Source of the DNA: Callorhinchus milii
Taxonomy: Eukaryota
DNA: 64,000 bases
Assembly (NCBI RefSeq): GCF_018977255.1
Contig: NW_024704743.1
Location: 67,272,001-67,336,000, forward strand
Reading direction: 5' to 3'
Made by a program: the position numbers and the translations under genes. Each line of letters starts with the position of its first letter. Position 1 is the stretch's first letter. Below the pieces are notes generated by a model. It did no database searches and was not told the origin of the DNA. It saw only the letters and a list, made by a program, of their open reading frames with translations. Shown piece after piece: positions 1 through 12,430 of this stretch.

Positions 1-74
1 CAGGTTCCTTTGATCCAGATCAATCTTATATGGTTCCTTCGTACCTCCTAGACTGTACCGAATCTGTAGACTTC
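1..74 (-). CDS. CNTNAP2: CNTNAP2 coding exon (human exon 20 equivalent), truncated by the window edge; absent from the ORF track
   Basis: Reverse complement reads ttcttacAG|GA AGT CTA CAG ATT CGG TAC... = (G)[24 protein letters not shown]. This continues the previous exon in phase 1 and resembles Caspr2 GSLQIRYNLGGTREPY. Confidence 0.92.
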
Positions 75-364
75 CTGTAAGAATCAAGATTTCTTCCTAT
101 TAAATACAGTTTCAGGCCTGGTTAAAAGCAATGAACCTCCTTCATTCAACACCTTTTTAATACCTTAGAAAATGGAAATGATACAAATCCTGTATATGTT
201 TACATTTAATGTCATAATAAATATTTGGAGACAGAACCACAGCAACTAATTATATCTGTCAACACTTATAGGAAATTTGATAGAAAGTTGCTACTGGAGT
301 AACAATACAAATATAAAGCAGGTATGAAAACAAACTCAACACTAGATTCATGCTTGCATACGAC

Positions 365-755
365 CAAGTTATATTGCATTTGACATAGTACCTTTCACAA
401 CAGGATGACATCTCCAAGCGCTCCACGGGACTTACTGTAAAATATAGTGACTGTATTGTGTAAGTGAACACAGCAAACAATCTACATACAGCAATGACCC
501 AGAAACAACCATTAAGTGAATGACCAATTTTATTTGAGGGATTGTTAGCCAGGACTCAGGGAGAAACTTTCTTCTCTTTCTGAATAGGCAGATGAGGCCT
601 TGGTTTAACATCTTACACAAAGAACAACATCCCCAAAAATACAGCACATGCTTGGCATTGTATTGGATTATCAGCCTGGACTGTGAGTTCAAAGTCCTGA
701 CATTTAAGAAGAGAGAGTTAGAAGTGAGAGTGTTGGCAACTGAGACCAGCTATCA
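365..755 (-). mobile_element. Older Deu-domain (SacSINE1/AmnSINE1-like) SINE
   Basis: Reverse complement of the tRNA head, the ttaaaccaagg...ctgcct..tcag Deu-like core and the shared tail; diverged. Confidence 0.7.
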
Positions 756-1770
756 CTGAATTTTGCAAGTAAACTATGTTTAAAACCATATGTGTTCCCT
801 CCTGAAGTGACAGATTGTTCAATAGCTTACTAGTATTGTGAATCAGTAATCCAAACTGCTTCTGGCTGTTGTCTCTGAAGATCAACAAATGGACGCCACT
901 TAATAGAGGCCAATGAAGTGTGACCCTGGAGTAAGGGATGGCAAAATCCGCCTATTAGTGCCGTACCCTGGAACCTATTCACTGGAGCTTTCAGCAAATT
1001 TACTGTAGCCCTGAGTTAAGAGCATAAGAAAGAGTACAAAGAGAAAAGGCCACAAGCCTCATCGAGCTTATTCATTCCTAACGTCCACATACAATCTGTG
1101 TCATAATGGACTCTTCTGAATTTTATTACTCACCCAAAACAGGCGAATAACAAGAAGCAAAACTTTGGAGAAAATAAAATTCTGAAATGGCTCCCTAAAA
1201 TAATCCCAGGAATCTAATACTGCTTTTACACAATGCAAATCTTTCTCATTGCGGATCTTTCCCAGCAGCTGAACATTCAGCAGTGGCTGTTTTTTTCTTA
1301 CTCATTACATAAGCAATGCAATGGAATCACACACTCTGAACATGTGTGTAAACTTGGCACAGTCTTCTTAATATCCACATAATGACTCCAGTTTATAGAT
1401 CATTGCCAAATGCTTTTGTTAGTAAACCCGATCTGTCAAGCAAATTGCCCTTGGATACAAATCAAGGGTGAGATGATACACAAAGCTATATTTGTTGTTG
1501 TTGTTGTTGGGATACCCTTAAGCAGCCTAAAAGGAAAAATTGGGAAAGTATATTGGTGTCTTGGTACGGATTCAAAGGAATCCATTTTCCCAGGAGGAAC
1601 ATGAACGAGGAAAGCTCAGTACCAAGAGAATGTGCATAAAGTAGGTTTGATTAAATGATTTTGCATGTGGTACATACGTTAGGGAGTAGTATTTGAAAAG
1701 TGTTAAGTTCACTGAAACTCATTTTGCAGCAAAGTTGGTGAATGAAGTTTCTTTTGTATGAACTGAGCTG

Positions 1771-2473
1771 GGTCATATAAGTAAATCTTTGAGGTGGCAG
1801 GACAGGTAGATAAAGCTGTTAAAAAAGCATACGGAATACTAGGTTTTATAAATAGGGGCATAGAATACAAAAGTCAGGAAGTTATGATGAACCTTTATAA
1901 AACACTGGTTAGGCCTCAGCTAAGAGTACTGTGTTCAGTTCTGGGCACCACACTTTAGGAAGGATATCAAGGCATTGGAGCGGGTACAAACGAGATTTAC
2001 CAGGATGGTACCAGGAATGAGGGACTTCAGTTATGAGGAGAGGCGAGAGAAGCCAGGATTGCTCTCCTTTGAGCAGAGAAGGTTAAGAGGAGACTTAATA
2101 GAAGTTTTCAAAATGATGAGGGGATTCGATAAGGTGAACAAGGAGAAACTATTTCCACTGGCGGTGGGTCGGTAACCCGAGGACATCGATTTAAAATAGT
2201 TGTTAAAAGAAACAGAGGGGAGGTGAGGAGAAATATTTTCACACATCGAGTTGTTCGGATCTGGAATGCATTGCCTGAAAGGGTGGTGGAAGCCGATTTG
2301 ACAACAACTTTTAAGAGACAAGTAGATAATTATTTGGGGAGGACAAGTCTGAAGGGCTATTGGGAGAGAGCAGGGGAACGGGATTAAATTGGATAGCTCT
2401 TTTCAAAGAGCTGGCATAGACACGATGGGCCGAATGGCCTTCTTCTGTGCTGTATAATTCTGTGATTCTATGA
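1771..2473 (+). mobile_element. 5'-truncated CR1 LINE (3' end of ORF2 plus 3' UTR)
   Basis: Encodes LERVQxRFTRMVPGMRDFSYEER...RRLRGDLIEVFK and ends in an attctgtgattctatga tail. Near-identical to 54850-55548. Confidence 0.92.
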
Positions 2474-2777
2474 TATGCATCAATTGTGTTAAAACTGTAT
2501 TGTCTGGTAGTAAAATAAGCAAACTTCACAATCAGCATTTCAAACCTCTGACAGAACACCAATTTTAGCACCCAGCATTTATTACGAATGAAGAATATAT
2601 GTCTCATATTAATAATTCTTGCATTTATCTATTGGCAAGACAGTAATTAAATCAAAATTAAGACTTGATATAAAAAAACTGAATCACTGAGGAATTTTGG
2701 AAACAAAATACTTGTATTTTGCACATTTGTATGACAGATTCTACTTAAGAATTTGCTATAATTTTCTACCTCAGATG

Positions 2778-3562
2778 GGTGTCAACTTGACTCAGTTAGT
2801 AGCACTCCAGCCTCCGAGTCAGAAAGTTGTGTGTTCAAATTCCACGTTATGATTTTAACCTCCTTGTCTAAGCTGACACTGCAGTGCAATATTCGGGAAC
2901 CAACACATTGTGAGAAGCGCTGTGCTTAGGGTGATATGTGGAGACCTGTAGCTTAGTGGTTAGAGCGCACGCCTCGCAAACAAGAAGACCTGGGTTTGAT
3001 TCCTGGCAGGGCGAAATGTTGGGCAACTTTCCTTACTCCACATGCCTCTGTTTACCGAGCAGTAAGTAATTGTTAGTCGATCGCCAAATCGCTTATTCGG
3101 GGGTAATAATTCCCTAAGAAAAAATTGGTCACTCAATCCCCACTGTTTGTGGGACACTGCTGTGCACAATTGGCTGCTGTGTTTCACCCACAACATACAT
3201 AGTCAATTCACTTTACAGTATATTCTGTGAAGGAATTTGAGACACCTTGAAGATCTGATAAGGCGCTATATCAAATGCAAGGATTATTATTACTATTAAA
3301 GTGAGGTCGCATCTGCCTGTTCAGACGGATGTTAAAGATCCCATAATACTATTGTATTTGAAAAGAGAACGGAGGTTTTCCTGATGGCTGTTTGTGAGTC
3401 ATGTTTCTCTTGATGACTGTTTATGGGTCACTGCTGTGCATTAATTGGCTGCCACATTTGTCTTCAATTACACAGTTCCTACAATTTACAGTTATCTTGG
3501 GAACCGCTTTGAGATGTTTCCAAGACAAGGTAAGGTGCTGTATCAAATGCAAGGATTATTAT
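2778..3562 (+). mobile_element. Older Deu-domain SINE split by the young SINE at 2937-3297
   Basis: Head at 2778-2936 resumes at ~3298 with gaggtcgcatctgcctgttcagacggatgttaaagatccca. Confidence 0.75.
2937..3297 (+). mobile_element. Young tRNA-Ala-headed SINE, long form, nested in an older Deu-type SINE
   Basis: tRNA-like head with A/B boxes, central ctgtttac..agcagtaagta segment, shared tail ending aaatgcaagg(att)n. Confidence 0.85.
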
Positions 3563-4652
3563 TTGTCTGTCATATTCTATTTTCTAACCGTGAACATCAC
3601 ATAAAATTTTGTGATGAGTTTAGTCAGGATCTTTCGATACAAGGGGTGAGCAAAAATCCACTTGACTACAATAGAAGGTTCTGGGATAGATTATCGGGTT
3701 GGGGAAATTAAATTCTTGCATGGCTGCATCATTTGTGCACAGATTAGACTGAAATCAAATTGGAATCAAATAGTTTTATAACATACCTCATGAATCTATT
3801 ATTCTCTATGTAATGCCAATATTTAATTTTTTTTTGAATGATGGTATTTTACATCAATTAACTCATAGGATGAAAAGAACGATCTTGTATTGCAATGAAT
3901 ATAGAGCTGTTGCAAATAGCAATCTCCAGTTTAAAATATGACAGGAAATAATAGTAAAGCTTTTTTTTAGAATTGAAAGGAAGAACAATTCAAACCAGCT
4001 CAAATGCTGACTAACAATCATGGCTTCTTGCTTGCAAAGCTTTTGCTTAGCTGCAAAAAAACATATTTCCTTCAATGGTTCAGCAATTTTGTTTATATAC
4101 ATCTTTTACCATATCCTAACATGGAAACAGATGCTTCTGTTTTAAACACAGTCTAAGATCTTTAAAGTTTTTGCTTTTCAGGAAACTTAATCGAGGCAGG
4201 TACCAAAGCCAATTTTAAACAACAATAACCTTGAAACCTCTTTCCCCTCCCCAACTCTTCAGCTTCTACTCCCAGCCAGCAATGTAAATTTGTATTGTAG
4301 AATAGGAAGCAAACCAGGGAAACAGTCCTTTAACACTTGTTTTAATTCTTGCTCAAACAATTGTCCTATAACAGAACTATACTTTTATTAACTTCTGATT
4401 GCCTGTCATGTGCTTTCCTTCTGATTGGAATTCCTTAGCCACACAATAAATATTTTCCCTTGTGTCGGACTACTTTCTCCTACTAAGACTTAATATTCTA
4501 AAAATGTAAGAACATAAAGCTTGAAGAGAGAAAAGTTCATTCATCCATCAAGCTCACTCCTTCCACAAATCATTAAACAGACCCCACCCAGTCTATCTAC
4601 TAAAGTACTGGATAGATTCAGTACTTCCTGCATTGCAAAGGGACTCAGGTAG

Positions 4653-4974
4653 TGTGGAGTCCTGTAGCTCAGTGGTTAGAGCACTTGCCTTGCAAGCGAG
4701 ACACCTGGGTTCAATTCCAGACAGGGCGAAACCTTGGGCAAGTTTCCTTAATCCACACGCCTGATAATAATCCCTCCAAAACTAAAAGCAATAATAAATG
4801 GGTCAGTTTTAATCCACAACTGTTTGTGGGACATTGCTGTGGGCAATTGGCTGCCGCGTTCGCCCACAAATATACAGTCAATTCACTTTACAGCATATTC
4901 TGTGAAGCGCTCTGAGACATCTAGAAGACGTGAAAAGCGCTATATAAAATGCAAGGATTATTATTATTATTATT
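4653..4974 (+). mobile_element. Young tRNA-Ala-headed SINE, short form
   Basis: Head gtcctgtagctcagtggttagagc...gggttcaattcc; lacks the central ~65 bp block; (att)n tail. Confidence 0.9.
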
Positions 4975-5409
4975 AAACTCCAGAATATCCATCCATCTCT
5001 GCACTTCCAGTATCTCGGCCTGGGCTTCTTCCTACACTGACAACATTTGTTTCTCCTCCAAGCCATGAAGTACAAAGAACATTGTGTCATAGAGTATTTA
5101 TCCATTTTACTCTGCACCTATCCCTAAATCCCTCAAATAGATATTTACTTCTTGACACAAAATCAATTCTCTTTTCTCTAATCTTCAGTTATATTGGAGC
5201 TTTTTATTTTGAAATCTATTTCTTCATTTCTGCTTTTATGGTCCATAACTTGGTTACATCGACCTCTCTATGAACCTCATCATTTTGAAGAATGGGATCC
5301 TGTCCCACTCAATCTCTTTTCTAATGAGAATAAAATTAAGGATTGTAAGGCTTTCCTCACATTGTAGAGATCTAAGTGCTGCAGTCGTCAATGTCACTAC
5401 CCTCTAAAT

Positions 5410-5579
5410 CAGTGGTGGCCAACAAAATACATTTTCTTTACTGAACATTTGTTGATTTATGCAATAATATTCAATTAAGAGAAAACTGGAAACAAAATAT
5501 TTTAATTAAAAGCAAACTCACCTAGATGTTCTGTGGATCACTTCTTGCTTGGCCTGTGGGCCGGAATTGGCCACCACTG
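5410..5579. mobile_element. 170 bp non-autonomous hAT (Charlie-like) MITE
   Basis: Perfect 13 bp TIRs CAGTGGTGGCCAA/TTGGCCACCACTG. The 8 bp target duplication is CTCTAAAT (5402-5409) / CTCTAAAC (5580-5587). Confidence 0.9.
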
Positions 5580-5619
5580 CTCTAAACCATTTCCAACACA
5601 TGTGCTTTTTGTTGAAGGA

Positions 5620-5826
5620 CCACAAAATTTCACCTTGTCTTAGACTGTAAGGCTATCTTGTCTTAAAATTAAAGAAAAATCTTAATTCACCCTTAATTTA
5701 GAAGTCTTTCTTTTCTTAAAAAGAACCATCTTCGAAATTTAAACTGAATTTTCCACAATTCTAGGTGATCTAACATTTAAAACAAAATGGTCTTACAGAC
5801 TAAAACTAAGTGAAATTTCAGGCCTG
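5620..5826. mobile_element. Degenerate MITE-like element with ~45 bp imperfect inverted ends
   Basis: aaatttcaccttgtcttagactgtaaggctatcttgtcttaaa versus the reverse complement of the right end, aaatttcacttagttttagtctgtaagaccattttgttttaaa. A related fragment lies at ~19585-19660. Confidence 0.55.
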
Positions 5827-6569
5827 CAGTGCCTAAACTGCACACTGACAAGTGAAATTTGTGGTGCATGTGATAGTTAGCACATTGAGTGAGCTAGAGA
5901 TGGGCCTGTCCTCAGTTCGAGAAGTTGGGTCCAAAACAGACATTCAGTTCGAGATCATACTCAAAAAAGATGGTATTCTGCTATCAAGCAGTTGAAGGAT
6001 GCAATCCATGAGCTGGAAATTCAATACAATCTCAAGGGGGGGACCATCGCCAAGCCTTTGGGGGTAAAGAGATACTGAATGAAATGTTTCCTTTTGTTTC
6101 AGGGGGAGCTTTAGTTACTCTAAGATGTTTAGATGCTTCAGAGAGTTGGTTTATGGAGTCGCTTGAACATCACTGACAGACCTGAACCTGTCTTCACTTG
6201 CCACTCATACACATGCATGAGTGGCATTCTCTCCTTAACCCGAGAATCCTGAGGTTAATAGCAGTGCCTTTCTCCACTCAAACTGAACTCTGCTAACTCA
6301 ACATAGCCAAGGGATTGAACCTGAGACCTTTGTTATCTGTCTGGATCTGGTCCTTATCCTGCATTCTGTTTACACCTCACATCTAAAATAGAATTAACAA
6401 GCATGGAGATATGGAAAAAGCCTCCACATTTTTCAAGCCATGTGTGGGATATCATAGAATCATAGAATTTTACAGAACAGAAGGAGGCCATTCAGCCCAT
6501 GTTGCCTGTGCTTCCTCTTGAAAGAGCTACCAACTAGTCCCACACCCCACTCTTAAAGAATCATAGATC

Positions 6570-6652
6570 CAAGGTTTTGCCCTGCCTGGAAATTGAACCC
6601 AGTTCCTGTTGCTTGCGAGGCGAGTGCTCTAACCACTCTGCTACAGGACTCC
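6570..6652 (-). mobile_element. Isolated head of the young tRNA-derived SINE, ~65 bp downstream of the exon 19 donor
   Basis: Reverse complement matches the family head through gggcaaaacctt. Confidence 0.8.
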
Positions 6653-6716
6653 TGTATGATCAGTAAGAGGGATTTATTTGCGAAAAAAGGTCCTGAAGAA
6701 TTACAAAGTTTCTCAC

Positions 6717-6941
6717 CATTGTGCTTCAGAACCACGGCCATGTAATCCTGTAAGTAGGAGCTGATGTACAGGAGGATGCTAGGAGTGCTGGTAGTGCTGA
6801 AGCTGAACACCAGGTCTTCTTTGGACAGAGTAAGTTCAGAACTGGATGGCTGAGGTACACTGACCGAGTCCTTAGCAACACCAACGGAAGCCTGGAAATT
6901 GTATCGTATCCAGGTTCCAGCCTCAAAAAAGCCGCCGACAT
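6717..6941 (-). CDS. CNTNAP2: CNTNAP2 coding exon (human exon 19 equivalent), start of laminin-G domain 4
   Basis: 225 bp. Encodes (D)VGGFFEAGTWIRYNFQ...EDLVFSFSTTSTPSILLYISSYLQDYMAVVLKHN. Acceptor cttcattgcAG; donor G|GTGAGA. Confidence 0.95.
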
Positions 6942-8427
6942 CTGCAATGAAGACAGACATTAGTGAGAACTTCATGAAAAATACATTCTTCTACTGTACA
7001 GACTAAAACTGTCACTATTAAGACATATTAGGCTAAAGAACCAGTCAAAGACACCAACAGTCTGCGCAATCTTAAATTTCAAGACAACGGTTTTAAGGTT
7101 AAGTTCATGAGAAATTTTGGACCCTAATTCCATATCAGTTTTTCTCAAGCCTCATTAATATGCTTCAACCACAATGTCAGAGTATCCCTACTGTACCTAT
7201 GTGGTATTTTACTCTTCCGATACCAGCCATTCTGAGATTGCTAATTATTAGTGCAGTTAGTGCCAAAGCAATGGCAGACCTGTTTTACGCTGAGAGCTCA
7301 AGATTGCTCATACACATTGCATGCTGGATCCTTGGGGACTGAAAAACAGATGACAGACAGCATGTTTCAGACATTTAGCAAACTTAGGCCATAACATGAT
7401 ATTGGTAATGAGAAGGGATCTCCCCAAGAGACTGCAGATTGTGTCGCTGATATTACCAGCTTTAAAGAGTATATCCAGCAACTACCTTTGTTGTGTATCC
7501 GGATTAGTAAACTAGACACGATTTTCCTCACATGCATTTAACAATCCTGACCAATATTTGAATAACCAAATCTATATAGCTGTGGGAACTACTGACACAA
7601 ATTACCCATAGAAATGTTTACTTGGTCTTCAGATTCACTTTCGTGGAACTTTATAAAGTCCAGTCATAGGAACATAGGAACAAAAGTAGATCATTCAGCC
7701 CATTGAGCCTGGCCCACCATTTAATTAGATCATAGTTAATTCCATTTCCCAACTTTTCACCTTATCTCTTGATATTCCTGCCTACCAAACATTCATCTCC
7801 CACTCTCTTAAATATTTCAATTGGCGTGACATTGGAATAAGCTCCTGAAATTCGGGTGGTTGGATCTTGGGCTCATCCAAGAAGCTTTCCTGTGACAAAG
7901 CCATTAAAATAAAAATTACATGGTTAAACCCAGATGATTAAAAAACAGAGGAAAGGACTCAGTTTTTGCTTGAGCAGCTTCGAGTAGGCTGGAGCAGAGG
8001 GAGGTCGTGGGAGGTCCAGTGGGAGAGAAGATGGGGAGGGCGTAGGAGAGAAGGACTGAGTGGGAGGAACGAAGGGTGGGAGTAGGAGTGGGGGCATTTT
8101 GGGAGGGGGTGGCTCAGGTCAGGAGCGGCAGCCAAGCATGCACCCTGAGACTGGGAGCAGAGTGACCAACGAGGCATCATCAGCCCATATTGGAATTTGA
8201 GGCTTGAGTTCCACATAGTCTACGCTGACACGCCAATGCAATGCTGGGGGTGTGCTGCATTGTTGGAGGACTTTCGGCTGAGATGCTAAACCGAGGTCCT
8301 GTCTGCCTGTTCAGGTGGAAGTTAAGAATCCCATGGCACTGTTTGAAAAAAGAAAGAAGCACACAGCAATGTCCCACAAACATCCATGGTGTCAGTGAAC
8401 AATTTTCCTTGAGATGTCCTCCTGATG

Positions 8428-8490
8428 TAATATAATATAATACTATAATAATACTATAATATTATAATTACTATAAGAATTATTATTATT
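8428..8490. repeat. AT-rich low-complexity repeat, (TATAA/ATT)n
   Basis: Seen directly; a similar tract lies at ~18780-18850. Confidence 0.8.
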
Positions 8491-9909
8491 TGCTCCTCCC
8501 CGCCCCAAACCAATGTTAAACTCAAACATAAAGACATTCTAATTAAGCAAAGTATTGAGAAAGTGTCTTGCACACCTGATAGTGGACCCAAACAGGAATT
8601 GGAACCTTCAGGAGAGATATACGTTTAATCCATATCTGATCAAATGCAACCTCTCTCTCTGCAGGAAGAAAATGTTAACAGCGCCAACTGATCTCATGAC
8701 AGATTAAACAAATAGTGCTTCACAAATATCTAATTTTTGTGATTTCAAGCTGTAACCTGTAAATGCACAATTACTGTGCATTCTGTAGCCATCTGAATCT
8801 TGCTGCTTCCTTAATGATTTATGACTGCATCTTCATTCAGCAGCCAGCAGCAGCTGTCATCTACAGAGACGATCAGCAGTAATGGCCGTAAAGTTAAATT
8901 ACTGGAAAATGTGGATGATTTTTCATAAAACACAAATTTGTCATCAATCACATCACTGAACAAGTCTTTAATCCTTCCATGGATGCACCTGTTACTGAGA
9001 TCCAAGGCTTAAAATTGGAGAATTGTGGGCTAGAATATGGAATTACATAGTACTTCAGAACATGGAAACATACTATTCAGATTAACTTGTCCTTGTAGAT
9101 ACTCGTGTATCACACAAACCTCCACACTTCCATATTCCCTCTCCCACAGCCATCTATTGCTTCAACCCTCACGTACATCACATTTCCTCTGAAATATGTT
9201 GATGGTTTTTCCTTCAACCACAGCTTCCAGCATTAACTTTCACATTCTCGCTGCCCTCCTTGATCATTCCTTTCACTTTCACCGGTAACTGTTTATTCAT
9301 TCACATTGAAGATTATATTCAAAAGCAAGGATTATTATTATATGAATGTGTGACAGGAGCGATTTTTTAACTTATAACTGGTTTGCATGATTTATGAATA
9401 TCTCTAAGTCTAATTAAAATAGAGCTCAATACAGCTGTAATACATTGTATGCCATTCAGTAAGATATAGTCACACCTTGGATGGTTACCAATTAAGTTAT
9501 AATGGCTGGTGTACTGTTAGTGTATGAGACAGCAGTGTCTGGGAATAGATGAATGCCAAAGCATTACTAAAGTGTATATAAATCCACACCAAATTATTTT
9601 CAGTACAGGACATTGATTTTTACAGCCGTCTCCACAGGGAGTTGTTGATAAATAACACTTAGCAATTTTTTTTGTTTATCTGTTGCATGAATTTGCTTCA
9701 TACAACAGATAACAGTTTGCCTACAAAGCACAACCACTCTATATTAAATCCAGTGAAATACTTTGAGACATACTCCAAATATGAACGATGTTATATCAAA
9801 TACAAAGATTATTATTATAAGTGAAGATGTTCGAGTTAGAGCACACGCTTTGCATGTATGAAGTTCATTCCTCAACGTCTACACTGAGGTTGTCCAACCA
9901 CTATCCTAT

Positions 9910-10265
9910 TAGGTGGCGGCTTGGCTCAGTTGGTTGCACTCTTGCTTCTGGGTCAGAAGCTTGTTGGTTCATAGTCCCATGTTGGAAACTTTGAGCCAAT
10001 GGTCTAGGTTGACACTTCAATGTATCTTTTAGAAGCCCTGTAATGTCAGAAGTGCCACCCTTCAGTTGAGATCTTAAATCGAGACGTTGGCTGCCTGTTC
10101 AGCTGGATGTTAAAGATCCCATGACACAGTTTTAAAAGAGGAGAGTTTCTTCCAGAGATCTGGCCAACTGTTTCTTCATACAATCGCTCCACTTAACAGT
10201 AATTACGCTGAAGTACTTTGAGACATTTTGACATGATAAAGAGCTACATCAAATGCAAGGATTAA
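9910..10265 (+). mobile_element. Older Deu-domain SINE
   Basis: ttggctcagttgg head; ctgcctgttcagctggatgttaaagatcccatg core; aaatgcaagg tail. Confidence 0.75.
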
Positions 10266-11084
10266 GTAAGTGTGAAAAATAACCGAGAAAGACATTTGTA
10301 CTGTACGAGTCAATATTTTCAAGTTTTGGAAGGGAGAAATACTGACATTTAAGAATCATCACTGCAGAGGAGCCATGCAAATAGTTTTAATTTAAAAACA
10401 TTGCTACATTAAAGAAAAACCTTCTTGGGTTGAATCCAGCAATACGCACTTATCATTCACAGTACTTTTTATATTTTCTACTTTAAAAAAACTCTGATTC
10501 CCAAATTGGCTACTGCTCCCGCTTTAAAATTGTCGTGGTATACTTATTCGACCAATCTTTTCAGAGAGCAATCAAAAATGTCACTGTGAAATACAACGTG
10601 AAGTTGTAATTACAGTGTTTAGACAGAGTAAGCTTCATGGAATCTTTTCTCTCTCACTTTCATGTTTCTTTTTCATCTCAATAGGACAAACTTTAGATGC
10701 AGAGCAGATATACAGAACCACGAGCCAGAGTAAATCCTTCAACTGAATCAGAAGAAATTTATCTCAGCTTCAAGCTGCTTTTTAAATGAACCCAGTGTCC
10801 TGGTTTCAACCACCCTTCCTGGCAACTTGTTTACTAACGACTGAATAGGTTGTCAGGAAGGGGTGACCGAAGCCAGAACATTGGACACGTTAAAGAAACA
10901 GCTTGATGGGAAAATGGTAGGCTGGGTATTCAGGAAGAATGAGATCAGATGGGCTGAAGAGCTTCTTCATCTGAACCAATCTTATGATCTTGTGACGTAG
11001 GTTATTATAAGAACCTCCAAAAGGTAGAACTCTGAGTGAAGCAACAGCGACATGAATTCGAAACCTCCCTATTTCACGTCTGGT

Positions 11085-11482
11085 GTCAGCATTACTAAGC
11101 TTATGGTATTCTCATCTTCAGGTCAGAAATTTGTAGATTGACGCCCCATGTTAGGATTTGAGCTGATAGTCCAACTTATACTCCAGCACAGTACAGAGGG
11201 AGTACTGCATTGCTGGAGCTACTTTATTTTAGATATGTTAAACTGACAACCCATTTGCCTCTTCTGATGAAATTTAAAAAAACACAATGCTACTATTCAA
11301 GAAGAGAAGGGAATTCTCCTGGCGCCATCGTCAACAACCTACAGATCCATTATGGCTGTTTGTGGGTCTTTGCTGGTTACCACATTTGGCTACAAAATCA
11401 GCCACTACACTTGATAATATTATCAACCATGTGAAATGGCTTGAGATTATTTGACGTGATAAGGTGCTGTTCAAATGCACAG
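11085..11482 (+). mobile_element. Older Deu-domain SINE
   Basis: Same head/core/tail organisation, diverged. Confidence 0.7.
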
Positions 11483-12092
11483 CTGTTGAGCTCTCTTGGC
11501 TATCTTTAACTCCTGATCACCTCTCCTGGTCTAATGCTGTGAGATACTACCTCACAACTACATGGACTACTTTTATTTTCAGTATTAAACCTCTGATACC
11601 TCAGAATGACACACACCTTGAACAATGTTGTTAAACAGCCCCTGCTCCACAACCCACTCACGTACTTTTGTCTAGCTTACAATGCCAAATCGTTTGCATG
11701 ATCTCTTCTGGTTTTAGCTGAGAAAGAAAATAAAAATGACTCTTGACTTATATAATAATGAAGCTCAAATCATTCCAACTCAGCACAGACATAAAAGTCT
11801 TGAGGGGCTATCTTAAAATAGGAAAAGACTTTTGCATTATGTGGTGTGCACTCAACAAATTATCGCTACAAACTCATCTGGCTCTTGTGCTGATTTCTAC
11901 CCAAGGCTGTTATCAGTAAAATAAGATATTTATTTTCTGTTAGGTGCGTAGATATAATCCTAGCATTTGGTATAGCACAGGTATATCTGGTTGTGAATCA
12001 GTTATTTCAACTTATCACTTAAGATGGTAAAGGTTAAAAAAATGTACAATTTTTTGACAAATTTATAATATTTAGGCCATCCGCTATTAGGT

Positions 12093-12430
12093 AATAATAA
12101 TCCTTATCACGATTTTGAGACATCTCAAAGCGCTTCACAGAATATACTGTGAAGTGAATTGGTTGTATATTTTGTGGGCGAAACGTGGAAGCCAATTGCA
12201 CACAACAGTATCCCACAAACAGTCGTGGATTGAAGTGACCAATTTATTATTATTATTTTTTTAAGGAATTATTACCCCAGAAAAGTGATTCACTAATCGA
12301 CTAACAACCGGGTTCCTACTTCCAGGGATGTGTGGAGTAAGAAAACTTGTCCAACATTTTGCCCTGGCAGGAATCAAACCCAGGTCTCTCGCTTGCGAGG
12401 TGAGTGCTCTAACCATTGAGCTGCAGGAAA
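12093..12430 (-). mobile_element. Young tRNA-Ala-headed SINE, long form
   Basis: Reverse complement of the family, head to tail. Confidence 0.85.

Noticed and set aside
4658..4729. tRNA-Ala gene calls at SINE heads (also ~2942, 28820, 49821, 62365, 62944)
   Set aside because: Each continues directly into a SINE body and tail, lacks a poly-T terminator and the G3:U70 pair, and copies carry scattered mutations.
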